Below are positions 18,898-27,609 of a stretch of 64,000 nt of DNA, one piece after another (position 1 is the stretch's first letter; every line of letters begins with the position of its first letter). A program made the translations under genes and the position numbers. The stretch spans positions 3,424,001-3,488,000 of the forward strand of contig CBDIID010000003.1 in the NCBI GenBank assembly GCA_965279515.1, in the 5' to 3' direction. Source of the DNA: Turneriella sp. GTDB lineage: Bacteria > Spirochaetota > Leptospiria > Turneriellales > Turneriellaceae. Under the pieces are notes generated by a model. The model saw nothing but the letters and a program-made list of their open reading frames with translations. It did no database searches and was not told the DNA's origin.

Positions 18898-20558
18898 CAG
18901 GGCTTAATTTTCCACTCGAGCATATCGAGGCCAATGGGGTAGACATTGACATTGGTAAAGCGGCGGTTCACGGCGATCAGTGCATAGCTCGCGTAGAGGA
19001 AGGTGTAGGGTTGCTCGTTGTAGACAATCTCATGGAAGCGGTGGTATAAATTATTGCGCTCTTTGGGGTCGAATGTCACGCGCGCCTGTTCGATGAGACC
19101 ATCGGTTTCTGCGTTGCCGAAGCCCGTAAAGTTGTGGCCCTTTTCGCGCTGCGAAGTATGCCAGAGCTGATAAGGGTCTGACTCGATGCCCGATTGCCAG
19201 CCGAGCATGACGGATTGAAAATCGCGCTGGTTAATTTTTTCGAGCATTGTCTGGAACTCGAGTTTGCGCAGCGTGAGATTGATGCCGGCTTTGCTGAAAT
19301 CTTCTTTAAGCACCGAAACGAACTGGTCGGCAAACCCGCCGCCCGCGGGAATCATGAGTTCGAACTCGAAGGGTTTACCGTCTTTGGCAAGATGGCCATT
19401 GCTATCGCGCACATACCCGGCGGCCTTGAGCAGCTCAAGCGCCTTGGCGGGGTCATATGTCAGCGGCTTCAGTTTCTTGTTATACTGCAGGCTCTGTTGC
19501 AGAAACGGACCCGTGGTAATTTCCGCAAGGCCTTCGAGAATCGTGGTGCGTACGCGTTCGGTATCCATGAGGTGCGCCATCGCATGCCGCACGCGCACAT
19601 CGTTGAATGGCGGACGGCGCAGGTTGTAGCCGACATAACGGTAGCTCGTGGCGAGGTATTTGATCTTCTGAAAATCGCGGTTAAATTTTTCGGAATTCGT
19701 CTGCCGTGTCCACTGTAGAGGCCTCAGATTATAGCTATCGATGTCGCCTTTTTTCAAAGCCTGCAATGCTACGGCGTCATTCTTGATTATCTGGTATTCG
19801 ATCTTTTGGATCTCTGGCTTCGGCCCCCAGTACTTTTCAAAGCGCGTCAAAATCACACGCGTGCCGTTTGTCCATTCGCCAAATTTGTATGGCCCGCTGC
19901 CGATTGGACCGCGGAAATTTCTCTCATCGGTCATGAAGTTACCGACCGAATAGATATGTTTTGGAATTACTTCAAAGCCGCCCAAATGCTCGAGCGCCAT
20001 CGCGTAGGGTCTTTTCATCCTGAAGACAATCGTATACGCATCGGGTGAAGCGATCGATTGTACATCCTTGTAATAAACCTTTTTGTGCGCATTCGGCACC
20101 TTGTCGCTCATCATCATCTCATAGCTGAACATGACATCGGCGGCCGTGAGTGGTTTCAGGTCATGGAAAAGGATGTTCTTCCGTAGCTTGAATGTGTAGG
20201 TCAGCTTGTCGGCGCCAACCGTAAATTTTTCGGCGATCTGCCCCGTGAGCTCCAGCGTGCGGTGATCGCGCTCGACGAGGCTTTCGAACAGGCGCATCTG
20301 TATAGCATGCGAATAGGCGTCTTCGGAGATCACCGGGTTGAGGTTGATGGGATCGCTTGCCAGATGGTAGGTGAGCGTCGTGGGTTCGACATCAAAACCG
20401 CGGCGGGCGCAGGATATCAGCAATAGAGTGCATATGGCGAGGCAATGTAAGGTACGCCCCCTTTCCCAGCCCTTCCCCCAAGTCTGGGGGAAGGGAGGTT
20501 GTGCTGCCCCCTCCCCAGACTTGGGGAGGGGGCTAGGGGGTGGGGCGTATGCTTTCAT
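18897..20558 (-). CDS. OppA/DppA-family peptide-binding lipoprotein, with a repeat-derived N-terminal insertion
   Basis: YTFKLRKNILFHD..PLTAADVMFS, PIGSGPYKF, DVRVRHAM; lipobox LLISC. Confidence 0.93.
   Translation of the reverse strand: MKAYAPPPSPLPKSGEGAAQPPFPQTWGKGWERGRTLHCLAICTLLLISCARRGFDVEPTTLTYHLASDPINLNPVISEDAYSHAIQMRLFESLVERDHRTLELTGQIAEKFTVGADKLTYTFKLRKNILFHDLKPLTAADVMFSYEMMMSDKVPNAHKKVYYKDVQSIASPDAYTIVFRMKRPYAMALEHLGGFEVIPKHIYSVGNFMTDERNFRGPIGSGPYKFGEWTNGTRVILTRFEKYWGPKPEIQKIEYQIIKNDAVALQALKKGDIDSYNLRPLQWTRQTNSEKFNRDFQKIKYLATSYRYVGYNLRRPPFNDVRVRHAMAHLMDTERVRTTILEGLAEITTGPFLQQSLQYNKKLKPLTYDPAKALELLKAAGYVRDSNGHLAKDGKPFEFELMIPAGGGFADQFVSVLKEDFSKAGINLTLRKLEFQTMLEKINQRDFQSVMLGWQSGIESDPYQLWHTSQREKGHNFTGFGNAETDGLIEQARVTFDPKERNNLYHRFHEIVYNEQPYTFLYASYALIAVNRRFTNVNVYPIGLDMLEWKIKP
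20453..20549. repeat. double-hairpin palindromic repeat read in frame within the OppA signal region
   Basis: Termini TACGCCCC / GGGGCGTA; hairpins CCCTTCCCCCA-AGTC-TGGGGGAAGGG and CCCCTCCCCA-GACT-TGGGGAGGGG. Confidence 0.88.
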
Positions 20559-21325
20559 CAGTTCTTATACTTCGGCCGGCGTTTGTCGCGCACGGCAGAG
20601 AGGCCTTCGACAAAACTTTCGGCCGTCAGGAATTTATCCAGGGTTTCAAGGCCCTCGCGCTTTTTCATATTTTCGATATTCGCCGCGCGCAGGGTCTCTT
20701 TGACATTGGCGACTGAAGCCAGCGGCAGTTCAAAAATCCGTTTCAGAAACTTCTCAGCCTCTTTAACGGTAGTGCCATTGTCGAAAACTTCGTCGACAAG
20801 CCCGAGCTGCTGCGCGCGTTCTGACTTAATCGCGCTGCCCAGCATGGCGATTTCGCGCAAGGGGCCAGGTCCCGTGGCCGATTCAATCAGGTTGATGATG
20901 GCCTTGGGAATGGTTAATCCCACGGCGACTTCTGAAAATGAGATGCGGCTCTTCTCGCGGCTCATGAAGCGCCAGTCAGAGAGAATGGCGATTACTGCGC
21001 CGCCGGCCATGGCATGGCCCTCGATCGCCGCGATGTGCGGCTTTGGGAAAGCATAGACGTCGAGCACCATTTTGAGCAGCGTCTCGAAGACCTCTTGCCG
21101 GCCCTTGACGTCGCGCGAGAGCATCATGTGGGGCTCAAGGCCATTGGAAAAATAACCGTCGACGGAGGAGTGAACAATAACACCCCAAACCTCTTTATTT
21201 GCAGCCAGCTCTGCATGCAGCGCCGTGAATTCCTGCATGAAAGGGATATCCATGAGATTCATCGGTGCACGGTTCATCGACACATAGCCGATATGGTTTT
21301 CGACGCGTGTGGTCAGGAAAGGCAT
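20558..21325 (-). CDS. enoyl-CoA hydratase/isomerase family protein
   Basis: FPKPHIAAIEGHAMAGG, SEVAVGL, LGLVDEV. Confidence 0.92.
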   Translation of the reverse strand: MPFLTTRVENHIGYVSMNRAPMNLMDIPFMQEFTALHAELAANKEVWGVIVHSSVDGYFSNGLEPHMMLSRDVKGRQEVFETLLKMVLDVYAFPKPHIAAIEGHAMAGGAVIAILSDWRFMSREKSRISFSEVAVGLTIPKAIINLIESATGPGPLREIAMLGSAIKSERAQQLGLVDEVFDNGTTVKEAEKFLKRIFELPLASVANVKETLRAANIENMKKREGLETLDKFLTAESFVEGLSAVRDKRRPKYKN

Positions 21326-21394
21326 GAATCCCCGTGAATCTCTGAAACAGGTGGGCAAGGAAAAGTTGGCTCCGCCGCAGCGGCGCGGTGCCGG

Positions 21395-23374
21395 TTATTT
21401 GCCGAACAGGTAACTTAGTTTGTAGCGGGCGATCTTGGCCACGAGCGTATTGATCGTGATGTCGAGCTCCATCGCGGTGCGGCGTTTGTTCAGTTTATTC
21501 TTCAGCAGAAAAGTACGGATGACCGTGCGTTCGGATTCTTCGAGTGCTGAAAAACTTCCCGCCGCCAGGGCTTTTACCTCACGGCCTTTTTCACCGCTGG
21601 CCGCCAGAACTGGCGGTGCCGCGGCGAGGCAGAGTTGCAGCACCTGTGTGCGGATATCGGCGATGTGTATATGTTCAGCCTCGGCCAGCTTTGCCTTGAG
21701 ATAATCGGCATGCACGGCGGTAAACGGCACTTCAGGGTACAGGTTGCGGTGTTCGGCAATAAAGCCGAGTGCCAGATGGAAAACATCGGCCTCACGATCC
21801 CGCAGTGCCGGCACAGGCACGGCGAAACTCAGCGCGCGTGTCAGGTTGTCTGGCAGGTCGAGTCCCGAGCCGTAGAAATCGCGTGATGCCGTTATATAAA
21901 GAGAAACTTTTCTGCGCTGGCTATGCATCAGTTTTTCCACGAGTTCGATCTGGTCTGGCCGCAGCACGGACAAGTTGTGCACGATCACGGACAGATCACC
22001 CTCTGTCGCCAGCAGGCGGGCAATTTCTGTCGGGAAAATTTCTTCATGCTCGGGAAAAAGTTCGGCGATCTGTCCGCCACCGGCAGTTTTTGCAGCGACG
22101 CGTGCCAGCAAGGCACGCCCGGTGCTTTTGTCGCCGTAAAACAGCATGGGTTCACCGGCGCGCGCAAAATTCATGGTATGGTTGACTGCTTCTGCAAAAT
22201 TTTTAGAAAAACAATAGAAGCCGACACCGGTCATCGCTTCCATTTCTGCGCGGTTTTCAGTCAATGTCTGTGCGATACGTTCCATCGTCAGAATTTCCCC
22301 GGCCGGCAGGCGACGGTTCTCGAAATGGTTTTCGAGCTCGGGCAGTAATTTTTGTTTTAACAGGTCTTGTGCGCGCAGCAGCGCGAAAAACAAACGCTTA
22401 TTATCGCGATCGAGCGCAATCGACTGATCGATGATACCGGCTGAAAACTGTTTACCTAAAACCTGGGCGGCGGGCATAACATCTGGCGCCGGCGCATTTT
22501 CCCGTTTTGAGACCAGCAGATCGAAGGCTCCGCTGGCGCCTGAAAAGGCAAGGCGGCGGTTCATCTCGGGGGCTCCGGATTCAAAAGACCGGCCGAGAAA
22601 TGCGAGAAATTCGCTCCACGAAAGCAGGTTTTTTTCCAGGGTGGAATTTGAGTTGGATGCAATGAGCATCTCGAACTGTTTTGTGAGAAAATACCGGCTG
22701 CCCTGCGTCAGCAGGGCATACACACGCGCCAGGAAAATCACCGGGAAAACAGGCCCCAGGAGTACGGCTGTGGTTTTTCCTGCGAAAATCGGGACGATGG
22801 TGTTTGTCAGGGCGATGAGGGCGAAGGTAATCCAGCCTGCGGTGAAAACCTCGCCCAGTTGATAACGGATAATCGCATCTTCCGTCTTGCGCGACAGCTT
22901 CCAAAGCCTGAAGAAGATGTAGGCACCGAACAGGATAAAATGGACCACAAAATAAAGCCGTAAGGGTCCGTAGTTTAAGCGGCTGACACCCGTCTCATTC
23001 ACCTCGACCCCGGATACAACCAGGCCGCCCAGAATCAAACCCAGTGCGATGAGACTGCTGGCATAAAATGCGTAGAGAGTATAATCACGCTCGCTGCGGC
23101 CAGACAACGCGCGGATAAAACCCGCGAATGCAGGTAAAAGCAGAATACCCGCAATAAAAATCAGTTTTGCCACAGGCAGCGCCCATTCTGCCCGCAGATG
23201 GATGCTCCAGAAGCAGAGCATGGCATTCAGCCAGACAATGCCGGTAAATAGCGTCAGTAAAAAAAGACTGCGGATGCGGCTATGCGTGAGTTTAAAAAGC
23301 GTTAATCCCGCGACGGCCAGGGCCGGCAAGTTCAGGGCTACCATGGCAACCGGAAATAATGCTTCGTTAATCAT
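21395..23374 (-). CDS. multi-TM sensor fused to a degenerate sigma54-type AAA+ domain and Fis-type HTH
   Basis: About 7 N-terminal TM helices; 'FYGDKSTGRALLAR', 'VPALRDREADV', C-terminal 'LEESERTVI...NKRRTAMELDITINTLVAKI'; ATG 23374 overlaps the ketosynthase stop. Confidence 0.8.
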   Translation of the reverse strand: MINEALFPVAMVALNLPALAVAGLTLFKLTHSRIRSLFLLTLFTGIVWLNAMLCFWSIHLRAEWALPVAKLIFIAGILLLPAFAGFIRALSGRSERDYTLYAFYASSLIALGLILGGLVVSGVEVNETGVSRLNYGPLRLYFVVHFILFGAYIFFRLWKLSRKTEDAIIRYQLGEVFTAGWITFALIALTNTIVPIFAGKTTAVLLGPVFPVIFLARVYALLTQGSRYFLTKQFEMLIASNSNSTLEKNLLSWSEFLAFLGRSFESGAPEMNRRLAFSGASGAFDLLVSKRENAPAPDVMPAAQVLGKQFSAGIIDQSIALDRDNKRLFFALLRAQDLLKQKLLPELENHFENRRLPAGEILTMERIAQTLTENRAEMEAMTGVGFYCFSKNFAEAVNHTMNFARAGEPMLFYGDKSTGRALLARVAAKTAGGGQIAELFPEHEEIFPTEIARLLATEGDLSVIVHNLSVLRPDQIELVEKLMHSQRRKVSLYITASRDFYGSGLDLPDNLTRALSFAVPVPALRDREADVFHLALGFIAEHRNLYPEVPFTAVHADYLKAKLAEAEHIHIADIRTQVLQLCLAAAPPVLAASGEKGREVKALAAGSFSALEESERTVIRTFLLKNKLNKRRTAMELDITINTLVAKIARYKLSYLFGK

Positions 23375-24596
23375 CTTTTGGCTCCTCGAGGACGATGGCG
23401 GCATTGATGCCGCCGATTCCGTGGCTATTTACCAGAACACGGCGCACTTTTTGTCGCAAGCTTTTTTTTACGAAAAACAGATGCGAATCATCATCTGCCA
23501 GTCGGTGGTTCCGGATCGGGGGGATAGTTCCCGTGTAAATTGTATTTGCAGCGGCAGCAATCTGGAATCCCCCCGCCGAAGACATTCCCTGACCCACGGA
23601 TCCTTTGATCGATGTCACCGGTGTATCGGGTAAAACAGTCTGCGACAGAGCACGGCCCTCGGCGATATCAATGCTTCTGTCGCTCGGCGCGTGGGCGTTG
23701 ACGTGATCGGGGCCTCTGCCGTCGAGGGCGCGGTCAATCATCTTGCGCCATTTTTCCCCGGATTTATCGAGCAAGAAGTACTGATTTATATTCTCAGTCT
23801 GCAGCGCAAAACCGTCGATCTGTGCATAGATACGGGCATTGCGGGCCCGTGCGAGTTTCGCATTTTCCAGGATAAAAACACTCGCGCCTTCGCCGAGCAC
23901 ATGCCTGTCATGGCGCACATCAAAAGGAGAAACCGCTTCGTCGGGGTGCTCGTTATTGGTCGAAAGAAAATTGGCGCTGCAAAATCCGGCAAAGATGAGC
24001 CGCGTGATCGGCGTGTCGACGGAACCGCAGATCACGATGTCCGCTTCGTCGTTTTGAACACGCCGGAATGCCTGGCCGACCGCATCGATGCCGCTGGCGC
24101 AGGCCGAAGACACGGTCGTCACATAATTTTCCGCGCCGGCTTTGAGGGCGATGGCGCATGCGGGCGAGTTTAACGCGGTCCGCAGCAAGCCCATCGGGTC
24201 GCCAATGCCCGCTGTAAATTTACGGATGCCATCCGGATTTTTCAAAATCTGCTCTTCCATCACATCGAAGGCATTCATCGAGGTTCCCATAATGACACCT
24301 GTGCGTGCCGGGTCGATATAAGACAGCCCGCTATCCGCATACGCTAGTTCATAAGCGACGCGGGCAAACTGCGTGGCGCGCGAAAACGCCTTTTGCTCGC
24401 GCGGCGTCATAAAAGGCGAAGGATCAAAATCCTTTACTTCGGCCGCAATCCGGCTGGGAAAAGACTCAGCGTCGAAGAGGGTAATCGGGCCGACGCCGGT
24501 GCGCGACTCGAGAAGACCTTGCCAGAAATTGCCGAGGCCGATGCCGATGGGTGAAACCACACCGATACCGGTAATCGCTACCTGTTGTTTTTGCAT
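23367..24596 (-). CDS. FabF-like beta-ketoacyl synthase (atypical active site)
   Basis: VAITGIGVVSPIG, TTVSSACASG (Cys), PFD..H..GEGA, HVNAHA; second catalytic His position reads KGSVGQ. Confidence 0.88.
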   Translation of the reverse strand: MQKQQVAITGIGVVSPIGIGLGNFWQGLLESRTGVGPITLFDAESFPSRIAAEVKDFDPSPFMTPREQKAFSRATQFARVAYELAYADSGLSYIDPARTGVIMGTSMNAFDVMEEQILKNPDGIRKFTAGIGDPMGLLRTALNSPACAIALKAGAENYVTTVSSACASGIDAVGQAFRRVQNDEADIVICGSVDTPITRLIFAGFCSANFLSTNNEHPDEAVSPFDVRHDRHVLGEGASVFILENAKLARARNARIYAQIDGFALQTENINQYFLLDKSGEKWRKMIDRALDGRGPDHVNAHAPSDRSIDIAEGRALSQTVLPDTPVTSIKGSVGQGMSSAGGFQIAAAANTIYTGTIPPIRNHRLADDDSHLFFVKKSLRQKVRRVLVNSHGIGGINAAIVLEEPKDD

Positions 24597-24635
24597 GAGA
24601 ATATTTCCGTGAGTGGTATGTCGCTGCTCAATGTC

Positions 24636-24653
24636 AATGACGAACTTGTCATT
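24636..24653. promoter_or_regulatory. palindrome upstream of the ketosynthase operon
   Basis: AATGAC-GAACTT-GTCATT. Confidence 0.4.
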
Positions 24654-24707
24654 ATAGACGGAATGATCCGGGAATAAACGACAGGCAGCTGCACGAAGCC
24701 GCTTGAA

Positions 24708-25874
24708 TCAGATACTGAAGGGTTCCATGCTGCCCGCGCGCCGGCGGAATATCCTCACCGGCGCGCCAGGTTTCGTGAGCGCCAGGGTTTCTCCCGAGTT
24801 TTCGAAGACGCCGAGATTGGGGTATAAAAGCCTGGATCCCTGGATTCTGATATTTTCAACCTTCGTCGTTTTGCCTGCTTCTTCGAGCTGTAGCTCTGCG
24901 ATCTGGTAATGCTGGTGGATGGTCAGCTTTGCGCCGCCATCAGCTTCCCAGATGCCCGACAGATTTGCCGGGATAACCCAGTAGTATACGACGCGTGACT
25001 TGTCTTCCATGGCTTTTTTACCGTCTGGCTGCCAGTCACCCATATGCCAGTTATGCGATACGATCTGTGTACCGGGCTTAAGTTCGCGGAAAAATTTTGG
25101 TTTGAGTTTCGAGTTGATGCGGTCGCTGAGATAGATCGCGATGATCGTCGCGGACGACAGATCGGCGGCGAAAAGATTTTCCGTGCGCAGCGTGATGAGC
25201 TCAGACACCTTTTGCTGCCGCGCCATAACATTGCCGCGTTCGATCAGTTTGGGGTCCAGGTCGTAGCCGATGCCGCGTGTACCGAAGCGGCGGGCGGCAG
25301 CGATGAGAATGCGCGCGTCGCCGCAACCGAGGTCGAACATGATATCTTTAGACGTCGGGTGTGTGAAGCGGAACATCTGCTCGATGACCTCGGGCAACGT
25401 CGGTCCCCAGACGACATCGAGGCGTAGCTTGTTCTTTTCGCGCAGCAGGCGATCCATCTCGGCTTCGTCTTCGGTGTAATACATGACCTTGCGGTCTTTC
25501 CCGAGTTTTACCTCGATGAGGGGCAGGGCCAGCTTGTCGGCCTGGTAGCGGCCGCGGTAGAGTTTCCGGTCGGTGACGGGGGTCAACGTCACGGTGCCGC
25601 TTTCAGGCCGTTTGTAAGAGAGCTGTACCTTGTCGCCCTCCGCCTTCCATGAGACGCCGGCACTTTCAACCTTCGTGCGGAACTCCATGGTGAGGCTGGG
25701 TAAGCCCTCGACGTGGTTGTCGTACAGCTCGACGCGCATGAACTGATATGCGAATTTCTCCGACAGAAACCAGTAGCCCTTTTTCGGGGCATCGAGCGTA
25801 ATCGAGGGTTTTTGAATAGGGGGATGGCACGCGGCGGAAATATACAGGGCCGCCAGAAAAGGCATTTTTCTCAT
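24708..25874 (-). CDS. class I SAM-dependent methyltransferase with N-terminal lipoprotein-like domain
   Basis: FDLGCGDARI, GIGYDLDP, ELKPGTQIVSH; N-terminus MRKMPFLAALYISAAC. Confidence 0.85.
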   Translation of the reverse strand: MRKMPFLAALYISAACHPPIQKPSITLDAPKKGYWFLSEKFAYQFMRVELYDNHVEGLPSLTMEFRTKVESAGVSWKAEGDKVQLSYKRPESGTVTLTPVTDRKLYRGRYQADKLALPLIEVKLGKDRKVMYYTEDEAEMDRLLREKNKLRLDVVWGPTLPEVIEQMFRFTHPTSKDIMFDLGCGDARILIAAARRFGTRGIGYDLDPKLIERGNVMARQQKVSELITLRTENLFAADLSSATIIAIYLSDRINSKLKPKFFRELKPGTQIVSHNWHMGDWQPDGKKAMEDKSRVVYYWVIPANLSGIWEADGGAKLTIHQHYQIAELQLEEAGKTTKVENIRIQGSRLLYPNLGVFENSGETLALTKPGAPVRIFRRRAGSMEPFSI

Positions 25875-25981
25875 GGATACAGGGCAAATCCGTCGTGTTG
25901 AATCAGCGCGTCGCCGTATTTTTATCCGGCATAAACTGACGCGCGGGAAAAATCAGTTAGGGCCTCCTTCAAACGCGAAGG

Positions 25982-26054
25982 GCCCAAGTTTTCGAACATG
26001 TTCAAAAAATTGGGCGACCGAGCCTCTCTTGTCTAATTTGAACATGTTCAAATT
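25982..26054. promoter_or_regulatory. two palindromic operators (GAACATGTTC core), probable TetR sites
   Basis: Perfect 20-bp AATTTGAACATGTTCAAATT at 26035-26054 and a second core at 25994-26003, upstream of an operon containing a TetR gene. Confidence 0.8.
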
Positions 26055-26066
26055 TCAGGAGGGAAT

Positions 26067-26885
26067 ATGCTGAAAAAAACAATAATCATGGCCATGCTGC
26101 TCGCAGCCTGGCCGGCCTTCGCGGCTGAGACGGCGCTGCACCGCGCTGTCAGAACCGACGGTGTGGCAAGTGTTCAGAAGCTCATACCCGGCGCCGCTCT
26201 CGATGCGCGCGACAAGGAGGGCAAGACGCCGCTTTTTGTCGCTGCCGAGGCAGACCGGGTCGACCTGGTGCGCATTCTTGCCGATGCGGGTGCTGCTTTG
26301 AACCCCACCGATGCGCAGCAAAACACGCTGCTACACGTGGCGGCATTGCGCGGCAATACCGAGCTCGCGGTATACCTGATCGATGCGAAAGCGAATGTAC
26401 ATGCGAAGAACCGCCGCAACCTGCTTCCCGTCGATATCGCCGAAGCTGCGGGCAACCGTGAGATCGTGCGCTTACTCATCGCCAATGGCAGCCCCGCACC
26501 GCGCGGGCAGTGGAATGCTCTGACCCTGGTGCTCTACGGGCTCTATCTTGCCATCAGCATTGCGCTGACGGTCTGGGTCGCGCGTACGCTCTCGAAGAAC
26601 GGCCGCATCTTTCTCGTCGATGCCTTTGTTGGTAACGAGAAGCTCGCCGATGCAGTGAATCATTTGCTTGTCGTTGGGTTTTATCTTATCAACATCGGCT
26701 ACCTGACGCTGGCGCTGCGTGAGAAAGAAAAACCCAAAACTGTGGAAGACACGATTGAAACGCTCAGTCTCAAGGTCGGCATGGTGCTGCTGATTCTCGG
26801 CTGCATGCACTTCTTCAACATGTTCATGTTCGGCAGGCTGCGCCGCAAGGTTGCCGCGAAAGCTGAGCTCAAAGCGCACGCCTGA
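26067..26885 (+). CDS. ankyrin-repeat protein fused to a small multi-TM membrane domain
   Basis: Signal peptide; TALHRA, GKTPLFVAA, NTLLHVAA; C-terminal 'LADAVNHLLVVGFYLINIG...LGCMHFFN'. Confidence 0.88.
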   Translation: MLKKTIIMAMLLAAWPAFAAETALHRAVRTDGVASVQKLIPGAALDARDKEGKTPLFVAAEADRVDLVRILADAGAALNPTDAQQNTLLHVAALRGNTELAVYLIDAKANVHAKNRRNLLPVDIAEAAGNREIVRLLIANGSPAPRGQWNALTLVLYGLYLAISIALTVWVARTLSKNGRIFLVDAFVGNEKLADAVNHLLVVGFYLINIGYLTLALREKEKPKTVEDTIETLSLKVGMVLLILGCMHFFNMFMFGRLRRKVAAKAELKAHA

Positions 26886-26895
26886 CCAGCCGTAA

Positions 26896-27594
26896 ATGAA
26901 AGACAAATCCCCCGGGGTGCAAAAGAAAAAAAATCCGGGGGAGAAATCCGCAGAAACGCGGCGGCACATATATAAAACGGCGCTGGGCCTGTTTCGCAAG
27001 AACGGCTTCGAAGAGACTACCATGCGCCAGGTTGCCGCCGAAGCGGGGGTGGCGCTGGGCGGGGCGTACTACTATTTCAAAAGCAAAGACGAAGTCGTGA
27101 TGGAATTCTACCGTGATTCGCAGGCTGAGGCCGTCGCGGGTCTCGAAGGTATACTTAAAGAAGAAAAGCGTTTAGGCGCGCGGTTGATACGCATGACCGA
27201 AGAGCGGCTCACGCTTTTCAGACCCTATAAAAAGCTGATGTGGGTTTTAGCGCGTAACGCGGTCTTGCCTGACCACCCGCTGTCGCCGTTCGGCGACGCC
27301 ACGGCCTCGATCCGCGGTGAGGCCGTGGCGCTTTTCGAAAGGTGTATTGCCGACGCGAAACCATCCGCCCCGAAGCTTGCTGAAAGTCTGCCGATGCTGC
27401 TTTGGCTCTACCAGATGGGTATCATCTTCTTCTGGATTACCGATACCAGCAAAGACGAGTGGCGAACCCGCCGCCTGCTGCACACGACAGCGCAGATTCT
27501 CGAAACCCTGATCGGTTATTCGTCGCTGCCGATTTTCAAGGGGACTCTGCAAAAAATCTCGGATCTGGTAACCGGGCTTTCGGAAAAGCGCTAA
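26896..27594 (+). CDS. TetR-family transcriptional regulator
   Basis: LFRKNGFEETTMRQVAAEAGVALGGAYYYFKSKDE. Confidence 0.95.
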   Translation: MKDKSPGVQKKKNPGEKSAETRRHIYKTALGLFRKNGFEETTMRQVAAEAGVALGGAYYYFKSKDEVVMEFYRDSQAEAVAGLEGILKEEKRLGARLIRMTEERLTLFRPYKKLMWVLARNAVLPDHPLSPFGDATASIRGEAVALFERCIADAKPSAPKLAESLPMLLWLYQMGIIFFWITDTSKDEWRTRRLLHTTAQILETLIGYSSLPIFKGTLQKISDLVTGLSEKR

Positions 27595-27609
27595 CCCTGC
27601 AAGGGCGTT

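Noticed and set aside
23367..24596. Housekeeping fabF assignment
   Set aside because: Second catalytic His and C-terminal motif are altered, and there is no fab/acp context
25994..26054. LexA/SOS box
   Set aside because: GAAC-N2-GTTC does not match the GAAC-N4-GTTC spacing; the adjacent TetR is a simpler explanation
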